From: an uncultured bacterium
GTDB lineage: Bacteria > Babelota > Babeliae > Babelales > Babelaceae
Direction of reading: 5' to 3'
Length of the DNA: 64,000 nt
NCBI GenBank assembly: GCA_963717435.1
Contig: OY970332.1
Span: 320,001-384,000 of the forward strand
Below, piece by piece: positions 40,043 through 50,478 of the stretch (the stretch's first letter is position 1; every line of letters starts with the position of its first letter). Both the position numbers and the translations under genes were made by a program. The notes beneath the pieces are model-generated. The model did not search any database. It was given only the letters and a program-made list of their open reading frames with translations, and was not told where the DNA came from.

Positions 40043-40261
40043 AATGAACCCTCAAATTTAAAGCTTTAAGTTTTATAAAAAACTTTCTTTGAACTTTATT
40101 AAAACAAAAATATTTATTCGATTTCAAGCTTCCTGAAAAGTTATCCAAAAAATCTTATAAATAAGGGCTAATTTTGAAACAATTGTACCACTTGACAAGA
40201 TAAATTTTGTGCCCAAAATAATCTAGATTATAATATTTTTAGGGAACATTTAGGTAATATT

Positions 40262-41362
40262 ATGAAACACATGAAAAACATCAAACTCAAATTTCTGATC
40301 TTAGGGGCGTTATTAAGTTCAAAGTCTGCTCTACTCTCCATGGCTGACGTCGAGCATGATATGCAAATTGATGCTACATCCATTGAGTACAGCGACCCCG
40401 ACGTTAAAGCACTTCTTTCTATGCATGATGTCGAGCAGGATGACTCGTTAATGGCTACTATGCCTACAGAAGACACTGATAGTCTTATTGATCCTAAACT
40501 ACAAAAATTCTTAAAAGCCAAGGACCTAAATACCTTTAGTGAAGCCGAAAAAACAGAAGTTGCAGAAAATTTGAGGTCCGAGTTGAAGGCATTTTTTTTC
40601 CAAGAATTTTTGCACAGATATGATTCTTTTAACTATGGCGGATACACGGATTACTGCGAAAAACTGGCGCTTGCGGCAGTATATTCTGATTCACCGTTTC
40701 ATAAGCCATCGTTAAACCTAAGATTAGCATTTAGACAGGATAGAGAGATGGCTCGCGAGCTATTATCTGAAATTATAGAAAACAATGGAAAAGCTTCTTG
40801 GATTTCTATTGCTGCTCGATTTGAACTAACCATGCTTGCGACAGAGCTGAATCATAAAGATGAATATACTGATTCCAGCAAATTGGCGGCAGCAAAATCT
40901 ATAATTACACTCTCTAAGCAAGATATAAACAAAAAAACAAAAATTGATGCCTCCAGACTGCTTGTAAGATGTTGGCTATATAAAAACCAGTATCTCCATG
41001 GAACAATCTCTGATATAAACGATGCGATTGTTGGTCTTTTGGACGATTTGGCACAACTGAATTCTTATAAATATATGCTTCACTTGGCCAAATATGGGTA
41101 TGGGCCAGTAAATAAATATATTACAGAATATATAGAAAAAGAGATTGCTGCTATGGAATCGCTTAAACAACTAGGATATGGTTTAGTTCCCACGCAAAAA
41201 TCCCCGAATAGGCCTGAAGCAAGACCAAAAAAAATTGTCGAAGAATTTGCAAATGAGCAAAAATATATTTTTGCGTCTGAAATGGTCCCGCAAGAAATTA
41301 CCAGGCAGCCTAAAAAGCAGCTTAAAAGGGCTGGGAAAAGAAAAAAAGGATGGAAAAGTTGA
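40262..41362 (+). CDS. secreted hypothetical protein with basic C-terminal tail
   Basis: signal peptide; duplicated ALLSMxDVExD; ends PKKQLKRAGKRKKGWKS. Confidence 0.7.
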   Translation: MKHMKNIKLKFLILGALLSSKSALLSMADVEHDMQIDATSIEYSDPDVKALLSMHDVEQDDSLMATMPTEDTDSLIDPKLQKFLKAKDLNTFSEAEKTEVAENLRSELKAFFFQEFLHRYDSFNYGGYTDYCEKLALAAVYSDSPFHKPSLNLRLAFRQDREMARELLSEIIENNGKASWISIAARFELTMLATELNHKDEYTDSSKLAAAKSIITLSKQDINKKTKIDASRLLVRCWLYKNQYLHGTISDINDAIVGLLDDLAQLNSYKYMLHLAKYGYGPVNKYITEYIEKEIAAMESLKQLGYGLVPTQKSPNRPEARPKKIVEEFANEQKYIFASEMVPQEITRQPKKQLKRAGKRKKGWKS

Positions 41363-41458
41363 TTAGCTCTTCTCTTTTGTTTATGTGAAAAAGCTGTATA
41401 ATAGAAACATATTTTTGTTTAAACTTTTAAAAAACATTATTAAATCGGGACTTTTCCC

Positions 41459-42709
41459 ATGAATAAAACCAAAAATCCAAATATATTAACCATAGTTACG
41501 GGCTTTGCGATTTTCACGATGCTATTCGGTGCCGGGGACTTTATGATACCTCCTACACTCGGTATTCTAGCTGGACAAAAATCCCTTTTCGCTTCACTTG
41601 TATTTAACTTCACGGCTGTCGTGCTGCCAATATTGGGTCTAATCGCGTCATTTTTATTTGAAGGTAATTATAGAGAATTCTTTTTAAGATTGGGTAAAAT
41701 TCCTGGGTCAGCTTTGATAGCCATATGCATGTTTATAATTGGACCCGGATTGGTTCTTCCAAGAATAGTTACACTATGCTATAGCATGATTAACCCATAT
41801 GTTCCTGTATTAAATTTACTTGTATTTGCAATACTATTTTCTACCGTAACATTCTTGTTAACTTACAGACCAACAAAGTTTATAGATGTTCTTGGATATT
41901 TAATTACGCCAATCAAATTAGCTTTTGTTGGCTTTATGATAGTCTTAGGACTGTTAACAGCAAAAGAGCCCATATATTCAACAATTAGCAGTAAAGAACT
42001 TTTGGGAACTAGCCTACTTTACGGATACGGCACACTTGGCCTTTTGGGAACGATATTTTTCGGATCTGTAATTTTTGAAATATTTAAGAAAAATTTTGGG
42101 CCAGAAAAATCTAAAGACACAAGAAATATAATCAAACAGGGACTTATATCTTCTGTTATTGGCGGCACAATCTTGTCGCTTGTGTATGTTGGCATGACCT
42201 TCTTGGGCGCGTTCCATGGTGCCGGATTAGAAGGCATGGACGAGGGCAGCATACTTAGCGCCGTATCAATACGCATTATCGGAAACACTGGTGGATTCTT
42301 TGCAGCGCTTGCGATAATGGTCGCGTGTTTGGCAACAATGATAGCGCTTTCTACCGTTATATCTGAATATATCCAAAAAGAGATCACAAAAAACAGATTA
42401 AATTTTGTTTATAGCTTGTTATTGGTTTTGGGTACAACAATAATTTTGTCGCTGTTGGGTTTAAAGCAGCTAATGAACATTTCAAGAGATCTTGCATTTG
42501 TTCTATACCCAGTGTTAATTGCCCTAACAGTTTGCAATATGGCTTATAAGTTATTTAATTTCAAGCCGGTAAAAACGCCTGTTCTTGCGGTATTGTTATT
42601 CTCTGTGTTTATCAAATTTGGCGGTATTGATTTCTGCCAAGACTGTTATATAAAATACTGTTCGCCAGAAATCTGCATAGAAAAAGTGACAGAAAAAACT
42701 ATTTCTTAA
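41459..42709 (+). CDS. brnQ: branched-chain amino acid transporter (LIVCS)
   Basis: GFAIFTMLFGAG..IPP, IGP...PR, ACLAT, LYP. Confidence 0.9.
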   Translation: MNKTKNPNILTIVTGFAIFTMLFGAGDFMIPPTLGILAGQKSLFASLVFNFTAVVLPILGLIASFLFEGNYREFFLRLGKIPGSALIAICMFIIGPGLVLPRIVTLCYSMINPYVPVLNLLVFAILFSTVTFLLTYRPTKFIDVLGYLITPIKLAFVGFMIVLGLLTAKEPIYSTISSKELLGTSLLYGYGTLGLLGTIFFGSVIFEIFKKNFGPEKSKDTRNIIKQGLISSVIGGTILSLVYVGMTFLGAFHGAGLEGMDEGSILSAVSIRIIGNTGGFFAALAIMVACLATMIALSTVISEYIQKEITKNRLNFVYSLLLVLGTTIILSLLGLKQLMNISRDLAFVLYPVLIALTVCNMAYKLFNFKPVKTPVLAVLLFSVFIKFGGIDFCQDCYIKYCSPEICIEKVTEKTIS

Positions 42710-42882
42710 AGTATATAACTCAAGTTATATCACGTTATATTTAACTATATAATCTATATTATATTGACAATAACTTTGATTAGTAATATAAATTTAACAG
42801 ACTTTTTGTTCACAGAGCTGTTTGATTGACAGCTCTGTGAGATTAAAACAATACAAATTTACATTACAAAAGAAGTTGTCAC

Positions 42883-44250
42883 ATGAAGCCAAAAAAACAA
42901 TTCTGCATTTTATTATTATCTTTATTATTTTTTAATTCCCACTCAGACAAATTAGAGCAAACAGACCAAATAGTTCCAGTAGAAACTAGTGAACAAGCAG
43001 AATCAATAGAGTCTGCAAATCCCGAATCTTGCAAACCCAAGAGGGACTGGTGCGTAGTAAATGCAGTCAGCCCAAAAATTGATTGGTCCGGATACGTTCA
43101 GTTTTACCCTTATTGGGATACAAGACAGGTTTTTGGATTTAGAAACGGACACGAACTGTTGTATCCGCTACAATATCTTCCTGATGTTAACTGCAAAGAT
43201 ATAAACGCACGCGGGCAGTATTGGATATCGCCCATACAGTCACGATTAAAAGTATCAGGACATGGAGTTGAGGTCTTAGGAGCAAATGCAGTTACCGTTA
43301 TTGAAGGTGATTTTTTTGGAGCAATAGATAGCCAAAACGAAAATTTCAGATTACGTTACGCACTTATTACTTTGGATTGGGAAGAACAACAAACTTCTTT
43401 ACTTCTGGGTCAATATTGGCTCCCATTATGTCCTGAAGATCATTTCCCACGAACAGTTGATTTTAACGGTGGTGCACCGATGGCGATAGCATTGCGGGGT
43501 CCGCATGCAAAAATAACAAAAAGATGGAACGACACAGAATTAATGGGGGCGCTTGTTGCACAAATTGACAGCCCAAGCAACGGACCTCTTGGTCAAAATG
43601 TTATTTATTCACGTAATGCAATTGTTCCAGCAATCGATGGACACATAAGACATTATTATGGAGAAAATAGTTTCGTTGCGGCAGCTTTTGAATATAAAAG
43701 ACTGACACCTCAACTTGTAACTGGTGATAATTATAAAACAACCGAAACAACTTACGGCTTCATAGCCATGGCGTTTACGAGATTTGTTCACCGTAATTTT
43801 ATTCTGAATTCATCACTGGCTTATCTTGAAAACGGCTGCTGCCCATACTTCTTCGGCGGCTACGCTGTATCCACGCAAGATCCCATTACCAAGTGTCAAA
43901 CTTACACCCCGTTTAAAGATGTCGCTTGGTGGCTCGATATGTACCATGCAAACAACTGTTTAACCGTTGGGTTATTTTTGGGTGCGATAAAAGATCTTGG
44001 TAGCACGAAACCACTTTATAACAATAACGGCTCTCCAATTCTTTACATGTTCCCAACATCAGAAAATATAGATTATGTTTGGCGCGTTGCTCCCAGAGTG
44101 CTTTGGGATTTCAAGCCTATGCAGTTCTGCCTAGAACTTGAAGTAACTGGGGCAGCGTATGGAACAAGAGATTTTGCAACGGGTAAAGTTGTAAATGCAA
44201 AAAATGTTACTGACGTAAGATTCTTGGGCGCAATTTATTATTACTTTTAA
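42883..44250 (+). CDS. outer membrane beta-barrel/porin (DcaP-like)
   Basis: signal peptide, QSRL, IEGDF, FRLRYA, LLGQYW, terminal YYF. Confidence 0.75.
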   Translation: MKPKKQFCILLLSLLFFNSHSDKLEQTDQIVPVETSEQAESIESANPESCKPKRDWCVVNAVSPKIDWSGYVQFYPYWDTRQVFGFRNGHELLYPLQYLPDVNCKDINARGQYWISPIQSRLKVSGHGVEVLGANAVTVIEGDFFGAIDSQNENFRLRYALITLDWEEQQTSLLLGQYWLPLCPEDHFPRTVDFNGGAPMAIALRGPHAKITKRWNDTELMGALVAQIDSPSNGPLGQNVIYSRNAIVPAIDGHIRHYYGENSFVAAAFEYKRLTPQLVTGDNYKTTETTYGFIAMAFTRFVHRNFILNSSLAYLENGCCPYFFGGYAVSTQDPITKCQTYTPFKDVAWWLDMYHANNCLTVGLFLGAIKDLGSTKPLYNNNGSPILYMFPTSENIDYVWRVAPRVLWDFKPMQFCLELEVTGAAYGTRDFATGKVVNAKNVTDVRFLGAIYYYF

Positions 44251-44361
44251 AAAATTTTTAAAAGTAATTTTTAAAAGTAATATATACTCTTGCTTTGCCA
44301 AAAAATCTAGTATTACTATTTACTTGTAATTTTTTAATTCACAATTAAATAGGGCAAAATT

Positions 44362-44991
44362 ATGACATTTGTTGAAAAAGTAGAAAATGCAAAAAAGTTG
44401 ATCAAAGAGTCGATTGAAAAATATCCCAAAATAGTCTGTGCGTCTTCTTTTGGTAAAGACTCGATGGTCATGTTACATTTGTGCATATCAATAAAAAAAG
44501 ATATCCCAGTTTTTTCTGTTGTCTCAGATACAGAATTTCCCGAAACTTATCAATTTATTAAAGATGTAGTTAAAAAATACAATCTTAATTACACCGAATA
44601 TAAATTCAAACAAGAGGGCGGAATAGAACAGTGCTGTGGTGAACCAAAAGTTGCTGCAACAAAGAAAGCTCTTGCAAATTACGATGCATGGTTCTCGGGT
44701 GTCAGAATGGACGAAGGAGCAACGCGTAAAAACTTTAAGCTTGTTGAAACCAACGGGAACTTAACAAAAATAAACCCAATTTTGTATTTTACAGAACTGG
44801 ATACATGGCGATATCTTGCCCTATATAACGTACCTGTTAATCCAAAATATAGAGAGGGCTATAGAAGTCTTGGCTGCAGCAGATGTTCTTCTCCAGAACG
44901 GGATGAGCTCGAGCTTGAACGCGCAGGCAGATGGCGCGGCACTCCAAAAGCCGGCGGCGAATGCGGAATCCATCTTGAAAGACTAAAGTAG
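44362..44991 (+). CDS. cysH: APS/PAPS reductase family protein
   Basis: SSFGKDS, DT, CC, GYRSLGCSRC, RAGRW, ECGIH. Confidence 0.8.
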   Translation: MTFVEKVENAKKLIKESIEKYPKIVCASSFGKDSMVMLHLCISIKKDIPVFSVVSDTEFPETYQFIKDVVKKYNLNYTEYKFKQEGGIEQCCGEPKVAATKKALANYDAWFSGVRMDEGATRKNFKLVETNGNLTKINPILYFTELDTWRYLALYNVPVNPKYREGYRSLGCSRCSSPERDELELERAGRWRGTPKAGGECGIHLERLK

Positions 44992-45012
44992 AATTTCCTG
45001 ATCCAAATTTTA

Positions 45013-46521
45013 TTATTTTTTTGATGCCCTGACGGCTTCAATAAATTTTTCGTCGGGTTCCCAATATTTTGCTACTTCTCTAGCGCAATCCAATGGGATT
45101 TCAGAACCGCCACGCGATAAAATACCTGCAACATATTCGCGCAGTACATGCTTCTGGATATCGAGTTTTAATACTGGGCAATATAAAATTTTGTTTTCTT
45201 TACAAAGCTTCTTAAGTAATTCTTTGCCCGCTGGCGATTTTAAAAATATTTTCAAAATATTATTATAATCTTCTAGGCATTCTTTTAAATTATCTTTTTG
45301 CTCATGCGATAGTACAAAAAAATATTTAAATACGTTTTTAAGAAATCTAAATTCAGGTTTACAGTTTTCTTCTATCATATCCTGAGAATTTATAATATTT
45401 CTTGCCAATATTATTAAATTGCCTGCAACAATCTGAGGGTCAAATTTATATGCACCATGTCTTAATTCATTAAATACATACTCAATAACCAATTTTCTAA
45501 ATAATTTATAATCTTTCCAAGATTTAAACACTTCACTAATTCTGGCTCCATCTTTATAGTTCCAAACGATTAAAAATGAATATACAGTAGCTAAAGAATC
45601 CAAATCCAAATATTTTTCTTTATATTTATTTTTTTCACAGGGTTGAATTTTAATGGAATTTTTACCTAATAAAATGCTTATATGAATCGATTTGTCATAA
45701 ACGCTGTAAACCGTTCCCATCCGAATAATTTCATTATCAATTTTAGTCAAATCTGAGCATGTGCCTATTTCAAAACGCGGAATATCAAATTCAATCTGAG
45801 CCTGCATTATTTGATCCTGAAATTTTGAAATCTCAGAACGTGCCCTTTCAATCTCCATTTTTGCAGCTTGTTTATCCTGTTCTGAATCGCCGCTATATTC
45901 AATTAACCTTTCAATTGTATTAATGTCTGTATATCTGGCCGCATATTCCATCGGCGTTAAATTGCAAGTATCTTCGCCTGCAAAAAAGTTGTTGACCATA
46001 ACCACTTTTGCATTATTAAGGGGTTGTTCCATAAACTCCTTAAGCGTACATATTTTGCCATTATTTTGTAGAGAAAAAATAGCGCTATTCTCTAAGTAAT
46101 CTATAGAATCAACAGAAGCGCCCTTTTGCAATGCTTTCAAAGCATCTGATTGATAGCCCATTCGACATCCCAAAAGCAGCCTATAATCTAATGCCTTTTT
46201 TACAAATTCGGGATCATAAACATCGTTATACGTTTTTACATCCGGGTCACCTATAATTGGTGAAAAATATACATTTTCATCTAAAACGACCTGCATAAAT
46301 AAAAGAGTGTAAACTATATTGGGGTTACGTGATTGATCTAACAATTTAAGTTGCAGCAATGGGTATTTATACATAGCACTTTGTATTTCGTACTCATTAA
46401 GTTCTTTACGAAGCTTGTAATGCTTTATTGATTTTGGGTGCTCTTCTGCAAGAGAAGAAAAAATATTAGAAAAATTTATAACTAAAACTATAAACAGAAA
46501 TCTGTTTAACTTTTTAAACAT
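45013..46521 (-). CDS. secreted protein with degenerate ankyrin-like repeats
   Basis: signal peptide; LQKGASVD, TPMEYAARY. Confidence 0.6.
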   Translation of the reverse strand: MFKKLNRFLFIVLVINFSNIFSSLAEEHPKSIKHYKLRKELNEYEIQSAMYKYPLLQLKLLDQSRNPNIVYTLLFMQVVLDENVYFSPIIGDPDVKTYNDVYDPEFVKKALDYRLLLGCRMGYQSDALKALQKGASVDSIDYLENSAIFSLQNNGKICTLKEFMEQPLNNAKVVMVNNFFAGEDTCNLTPMEYAARYTDINTIERLIEYSGDSEQDKQAAKMEIERARSEISKFQDQIMQAQIEFDIPRFEIGTCSDLTKIDNEIIRMGTVYSVYDKSIHISILLGKNSIKIQPCEKNKYKEKYLDLDSLATVYSFLIVWNYKDGARISEVFKSWKDYKLFRKLVIEYVFNELRHGAYKFDPQIVAGNLIILARNIINSQDMIEENCKPEFRFLKNVFKYFFVLSHEQKDNLKECLEDYNNILKIFLKSPAGKELLKKLCKENKILYCPVLKLDIQKHVLREYVAGILSRGGSEIPLDCAREVAKYWEPDEKFIEAVRASKK

Positions 46522-46622
46522 AACGTCCCTTAAACTATTTTAAACTATATGTTGTTTAAACAATTTTAATTTAAAATAGCAAAGAAGCCAATTTTGGCCC
46601 TGAAGAACAAGCAAAAAGGCTA

Positions 46623-47738
46623 CTATTTCTCGTCTGCAACCAAATCTTTAGGTGTATAATATTTATCTTGAAACTTTTTCAGATAAATATCAGTGACGTC
46701 ATTATCAGTTAAAAAATCCATGGCACTTAACGCTGCTTTTATGCAATCACCAGAAGAAACTGCCGCCTGGGTCCAACGCCCCTCGCAGCATGAACCACCC
46801 GCAAAAATACCGCAAACCGAACAATCTTGTGTTCTGCCACAAAGCTCAATATAGCCATTTTTATCCAAAGATATTTGTGATTTAAAAATTTCAGTATTTG
46901 GAATTTGTCCAATACCAACAAATACTCCCGAAACAGCATAATCTTTTGTGGATTTGTCAGATTCGTTTAGAATTTGGGTCCCGGTAACTTGGGTCTTATC
47001 GCCAGTAATTTTTGTAACACGAGAATTATAAATAACTTCAACGTTTTTGTGATCAAGCAATCTTTCCTGCATGCAAGCAGTTGCGCGCAATTTTGGCCCA
47101 GCAACAACAAGCGTAACTTTTTTTGCATTCACGGCTAAAAGCATAGCTTCTTGAATGGCTGCGTCTCCGCCACCAACAACGATAACTTCTTTGTCTTTAT
47201 ATAAAGCTGCGTCACATATTCCACAGACTGCGACGCCCTTGCCCAAATATTCATCTTCGCCCGGTATTCCAAGTTTTTTCATAAGACCGCCGGTTGCTAT
47301 AATCACTGAAAGTGCATTAACTTTATCGCCCGATTCAGTTTCCAAAACAAACGGCCAAGTCGAGAAATCAACTTTTGTCACGGTGTCGTTTGCGATTAGT
47401 GCCCCAAATTTTTCAGCCTGTTTTCTTACGACTTTCATGATCTCTGTGCCGTTTGTATGTTCTGTGCCCGGCCAGTTTTCCACAAATAAGGTTCTTGTAA
47501 GCTGCCCCCCAAGATCGGGCCCTGAAAAGACTACTGTTCTAAAACAACCTCGAGAGGTATAAAGCGCTGCACTGAGCCCAGCTGGTCCGCCACCGATAAT
47601 TGCAATCGGTATAATATTATTTTTATTATCAAGATTTTTTAAATTTAAATTGGTGCATTTGTGATGATAAGACTTATAAGCCCATACTCCCAATCCCAAG
47701 ATAATCCCCAATACCAAAATTAAAACTTTAGTAGCCAT
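46623..47738 (-). CDS. trxB: thioredoxin reductase-like protein with N-terminal TM anchor
   Basis: IIGGGPAG, GGQL, VENWPG, IATG, CGICD, VGGGD. Confidence 0.88.
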   Translation of the reverse strand: MATKVLILVLGIILGLGVWAYKSYHHKCTNLNLKNLDNKNNIIPIAIIGGGPAGLSAALYTSRGCFRTVVFSGPDLGGQLTRTLFVENWPGTEHTNGTEIMKVVRKQAEKFGALIANDTVTKVDFSTWPFVLETESGDKVNALSVIIATGGLMKKLGIPGEDEYLGKGVAVCGICDAALYKDKEVIVVGGGDAAIQEAMLLAVNAKKVTLVVAGPKLRATACMQERLLDHKNVEVIYNSRVTKITGDKTQVTGTQILNESDKSTKDYAVSGVFVGIGQIPNTEIFKSQISLDKNGYIELCGRTQDCSVCGIFAGGSCCEGRWTQAAVSSGDCIKAALSAMDFLTDNDVTDIYLKKFQDKYYTPKDLVADEK

Positions 47739-47879
47739 AGATCCCCCTAAAAAAAATAAATTTATCTTATGTTTAAGTTACTAACTTAATTTACTAACAT
47801 GGCTTGCCCAAATGCAATAATTGCCAAAAAACTCTGAATATTATAATCTCTGCCGATAACAACAAAATTTTAAAATAAT

Positions 47880-49529
47880 TTGGAGATACTCGTGAATTCA
47901 AAGATTAAGAAATATTTTTATGACGCACCCAATTTTAAAAAATTTTTTATATTATTTCTGGTAACTTTTTTAATTAGAGGCTCTGTGTTTTATTTTTATA
48001 TACAACATGAAGAGAGATACCACCAAGCTGATAGCATGGACTACCATGCCGGGGCACTTTTTATAGCTCTAGGTCATGGCATGTATAACCCACAGGCTGA
48101 TAGGCCCATATTTTGGCGCACCCCGGGATATCCAGCTTATTTAGCAGCTTTTTATAATTTTTTTGGAATCACTGACGCAAATTTTGAGGGCAACGCAAAA
48201 GCCCAGAAAGCTTCGATTTGGGTCCAGATAATTCTAAGCTCTTTTTTGCCAATTTTAATATTTTATCTCGCGCTTATTCTTTTAGACTCTTTATTTATCG
48301 CTTGGGCTTCTGCTTGGATCTCAGTTTTTCATATTGGTTTTATACTTTCTAGCACTTATATATTAACTGAGGGTCTTGCTACTATATTTTTTGTTGCTTA
48401 TTTAATCTGTTTTTTTAGCGCGTTACGCACATCGCACCCTTCGATACTTTCTTTTTCGCTCTTTCAGAGCTCCAAAGAACACTCAGGGCGAGCGATAAAA
48501 GAACAAAATCATGGGCACGATCCCGCTCGTACTGAGTGCACGTCGCAGCCATATGGCAAGACGGGTGTATCGAAGTATAGCGGGACAAATAACTTACGTT
48601 GCCTAATTAGCGCAGCGATAGTTCTTGCGATATATACCTGGATAAGACCCATGGGACAAACACTCGCGATAGTATCTATTGTTTTATTATTGTTTTCAGC
48701 GGGTAATACCGGAAAATTAAAAAACAGCTGGAAAAAGAGAGTCTCTAATTCTGCAATATTTTTTACAATATTTTTTTTACTAATATCCCCATGGTATATT
48801 CGAAATCACAACTTAACGGGCCAATATTTCTTTTTCCCAGTATTCGGACCATACCTAACATGCTTTTGCGCCCCAAAAATACATGCAAAAGTAAATAACT
48901 TAGAACTAGCAGAAAGTCATAAAATACTAACAAGGCTTGGTGGCCATTTTACGTATCAAGCTATGTTAGAAAATCAAAATTCTAATTCACCATATTATAT
49001 TTGCCCGGAGATAGCGTGCCTGCCGGCTGCTATGCCATTAATCAAAGAGCACCCATTTTTATTTGCACGCGACTGGATAGTTGAAGTTTGCAAAACCACT
49101 TTTGATTTATATTCAAGCCAACTTGTTGCATTTGCAACAAACTGCTACAAATTCGATGCGCTTATAGAGTATCTTGATGAAAAAATTAAAGCGTGCATAT
49201 ACTCCCAGCCTCTGCCAATTTGGATGAGGATAATAGCCTGGCTAGAACTAATTTTTTCGATATTACTCTGGATCGGCATATTTTTTGGTATATTATTATT
49301 TATGCTCGTGCCACTATTTACAGGCAAACTAAAAAAGCCTGAAAATTGGGACACTGCAACTATCTGGCTCCAAACTGGGATAATATTTATAGCAAGCGTA
49401 ATAGTCACAGGTGGATTTGGATATGCGCGACTAAGATTGCCAGTAGAACCACTTATAATAATTATGTCGCTAAGTTTTTGGAGATATATTTATAGTAAAT
49501 TACAAAATCGAAAATTAATTAAATCATGA
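47880..49529 (+). CDS. GT-C (ArnT/PMT-like) membrane glycosyltransferase with palindromic-element insertion
   Basis: DSMDY, RTPGYP, ILTE, IRP, PWYIRN, RLRLP; multiple TM helices. Confidence 0.82.
   Translation: MEILVNSKIKKYFYDAPNFKKFFILFLVTFLIRGSVFYFYIQHEERYHQADSMDYHAGALFIALGHGMYNPQADRPIFWRTPGYPAYLAAFYNFFGITDANFEGNAKAQKASIWVQIILSSFLPILIFYLALILLDSLFIAWASAWISVFHIGFILSSTYILTEGLATIFFVAYLICFFSALRTSHPSILSFSLFQSSKEHSGRAIKEQNHGHDPARTECTSQPYGKTGVSKYSGTNNLRCLISAAIVLAIYTWIRPMGQTLAIVSIVLLLFSAGNTGKLKNSWKKRVSNSAIFFTIFFLLISPWYIRNHNLTGQYFFFPVFGPYLTCFCAPKIHAKVNNLELAESHKILTRLGGHFTYQAMLENQNSNSPYYICPEIACLPAAMPLIKEHPFLFARDWIVEVCKTTFDLYSSQLVAFATNCYKFDALIEYLDEKIKACIYSQPLPIWMRIIAWLELIFSILLWIGIFFGILLFMLVPLFTGKLKKPENWDTATIWLQTGIIFIASVIVTGGFGYARLRLPVEPLIIIMSLSFWRYIYSKLQNRKLIKS
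48437..48494 (-). repeat. palindromic element copy D (in-frame)
   Basis: + strand CCCTTCGATACT-ttctttttcgctctttcagagctccaaagaa-CACTCAGGGCGAGCG. Confidence 0.88.
48523..48577 (+). repeat. palindromic element copy E (in-frame)
   Basis: CCGCTCGTACTGAGTG-cacgtcgcagccatatggcaagacggg-TGTATCGAAGTA. Confidence 0.88.
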
Positions 49530-50038
49530 ATCTACTATACGCGCCCTGGCGGCAAAATTATATAAAATCCGAAACAAATAATAATAAAAATACTGGCCAA
49601 AATAATTCTTGCGTATTTTGTGACCAGATTTCACAAAATAAAGACGAGCAAAATTATGTATTAAAAAGATTCAAATATAATTTTGCAATCATGAATCGCT
49701 ACCCATACAATGCTGGACACCTGTTAATTATCCCTTATGAGCATAAAAACAAACTGTGTGATATAAAAACAGAAACGCAAATAGAGCATATAAAAATTGT
49801 AGCAGCAAGCTGCAAAATTTTGGAAGAGAGCTTTAAATGCGACGGCATTAACGTTGGTCTTAATATGGGTAAAGCAGCAGGCGGAACGGTCCCTGAACAT
49901 CTTCACACACATGCGCTGCCCCGTTGGGTTGGCGATACAAATTTTTTGGCAGCTATTGCCAATACCAAACCAATATCTTTTAATTTGCAAGATATTTACG
50001 CACGCTTAAAGCCGGGATTTGATAATCTTGAGATCTAA
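49526..50038 (+). CDS. HIT family hydrolase
   Basis: APWR, CVFC, NRYPYNAGH, HLHTH, PRWVGD. Confidence 0.92.
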   Translation: MNLLYAPWRQNYIKSETNNNKNTGQNNSCVFCDQISQNKDEQNYVLKRFKYNFAIMNRYPYNAGHLLIIPYEHKNKLCDIKTETQIEHIKIVAASCKILEESFKCDGINVGLNMGKAAGGTVPEHLHTHALPRWVGDTNFLAAIANTKPISFNLQDIYARLKPGFDNLEI

Positions 50039-50454
50039 ATTTGGGGCAAATTTTGTAGCATTTCTAAAAGTTCTTTTATCTGTTCATCAGAAATTTTACC
50101 GTCTGGCCCGCCAAGCGTGCCTGTAGATAAAAACTGCGACAAACCACTTTCTTTCAAAAACTGTATTAGTTCTTCTTCATCTATATCTATATCGTCAAAA
50201 TCACTTTCTCCGTCAGCGTTATCTACTAAATCTTGAGAGTTATCACAAAGTTCACTAGAATCAACACGCCGCTCGTCCCGAGTGCCCGGCGTAGACGGGT
50301 GTATCGAGGGATCGAGATTTTTTATGCAACTGAACCCTGCTATATCTTTAATATTATTATTATTATCAGGTGTCTTATGGGTATTTAAGCCTGAAACAGA
50401 TAATATCAATAATAAAAAAAACAGTTTTTTATAGTCAAAAATAGTTATATTCAT
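50035..50454 (-). CDS. small secreted acidic hypothetical protein containing a palindromic element
   Basis: AGGAG RBS, signal peptide. Confidence 0.6.
   Translation of the reverse strand: MNITIFDYKKLFFLLLILSVSGLNTHKTPDNNNNIKDIAGFSCIKNLDPSIHPSTPGTRDERRVDSSELCDNSQDLVDNADGESDFDDIDIDEEELIQFLKESGLSQFLSTGTLGGPDGKISDEQIKELLEMLQNLPQI
50269..50311 (+). repeat. palindromic element copy F (in-frame)
   Basis: CCGCTCGTCCCGAGTG-cccggcgtagacggg-TGTATCGAGGGA. Confidence 0.88.
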
Positions 50455-50478
50455 AATGCTCCTAGCTTCTCCTAAAAT

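Noticed and set aside
39879-40148. N-terminal extension of the phosphoesterase ORF
   Set aside because: Overlaps a better-supported DUF1328 gene in another frame; the PE domain starts at ATG 39878.
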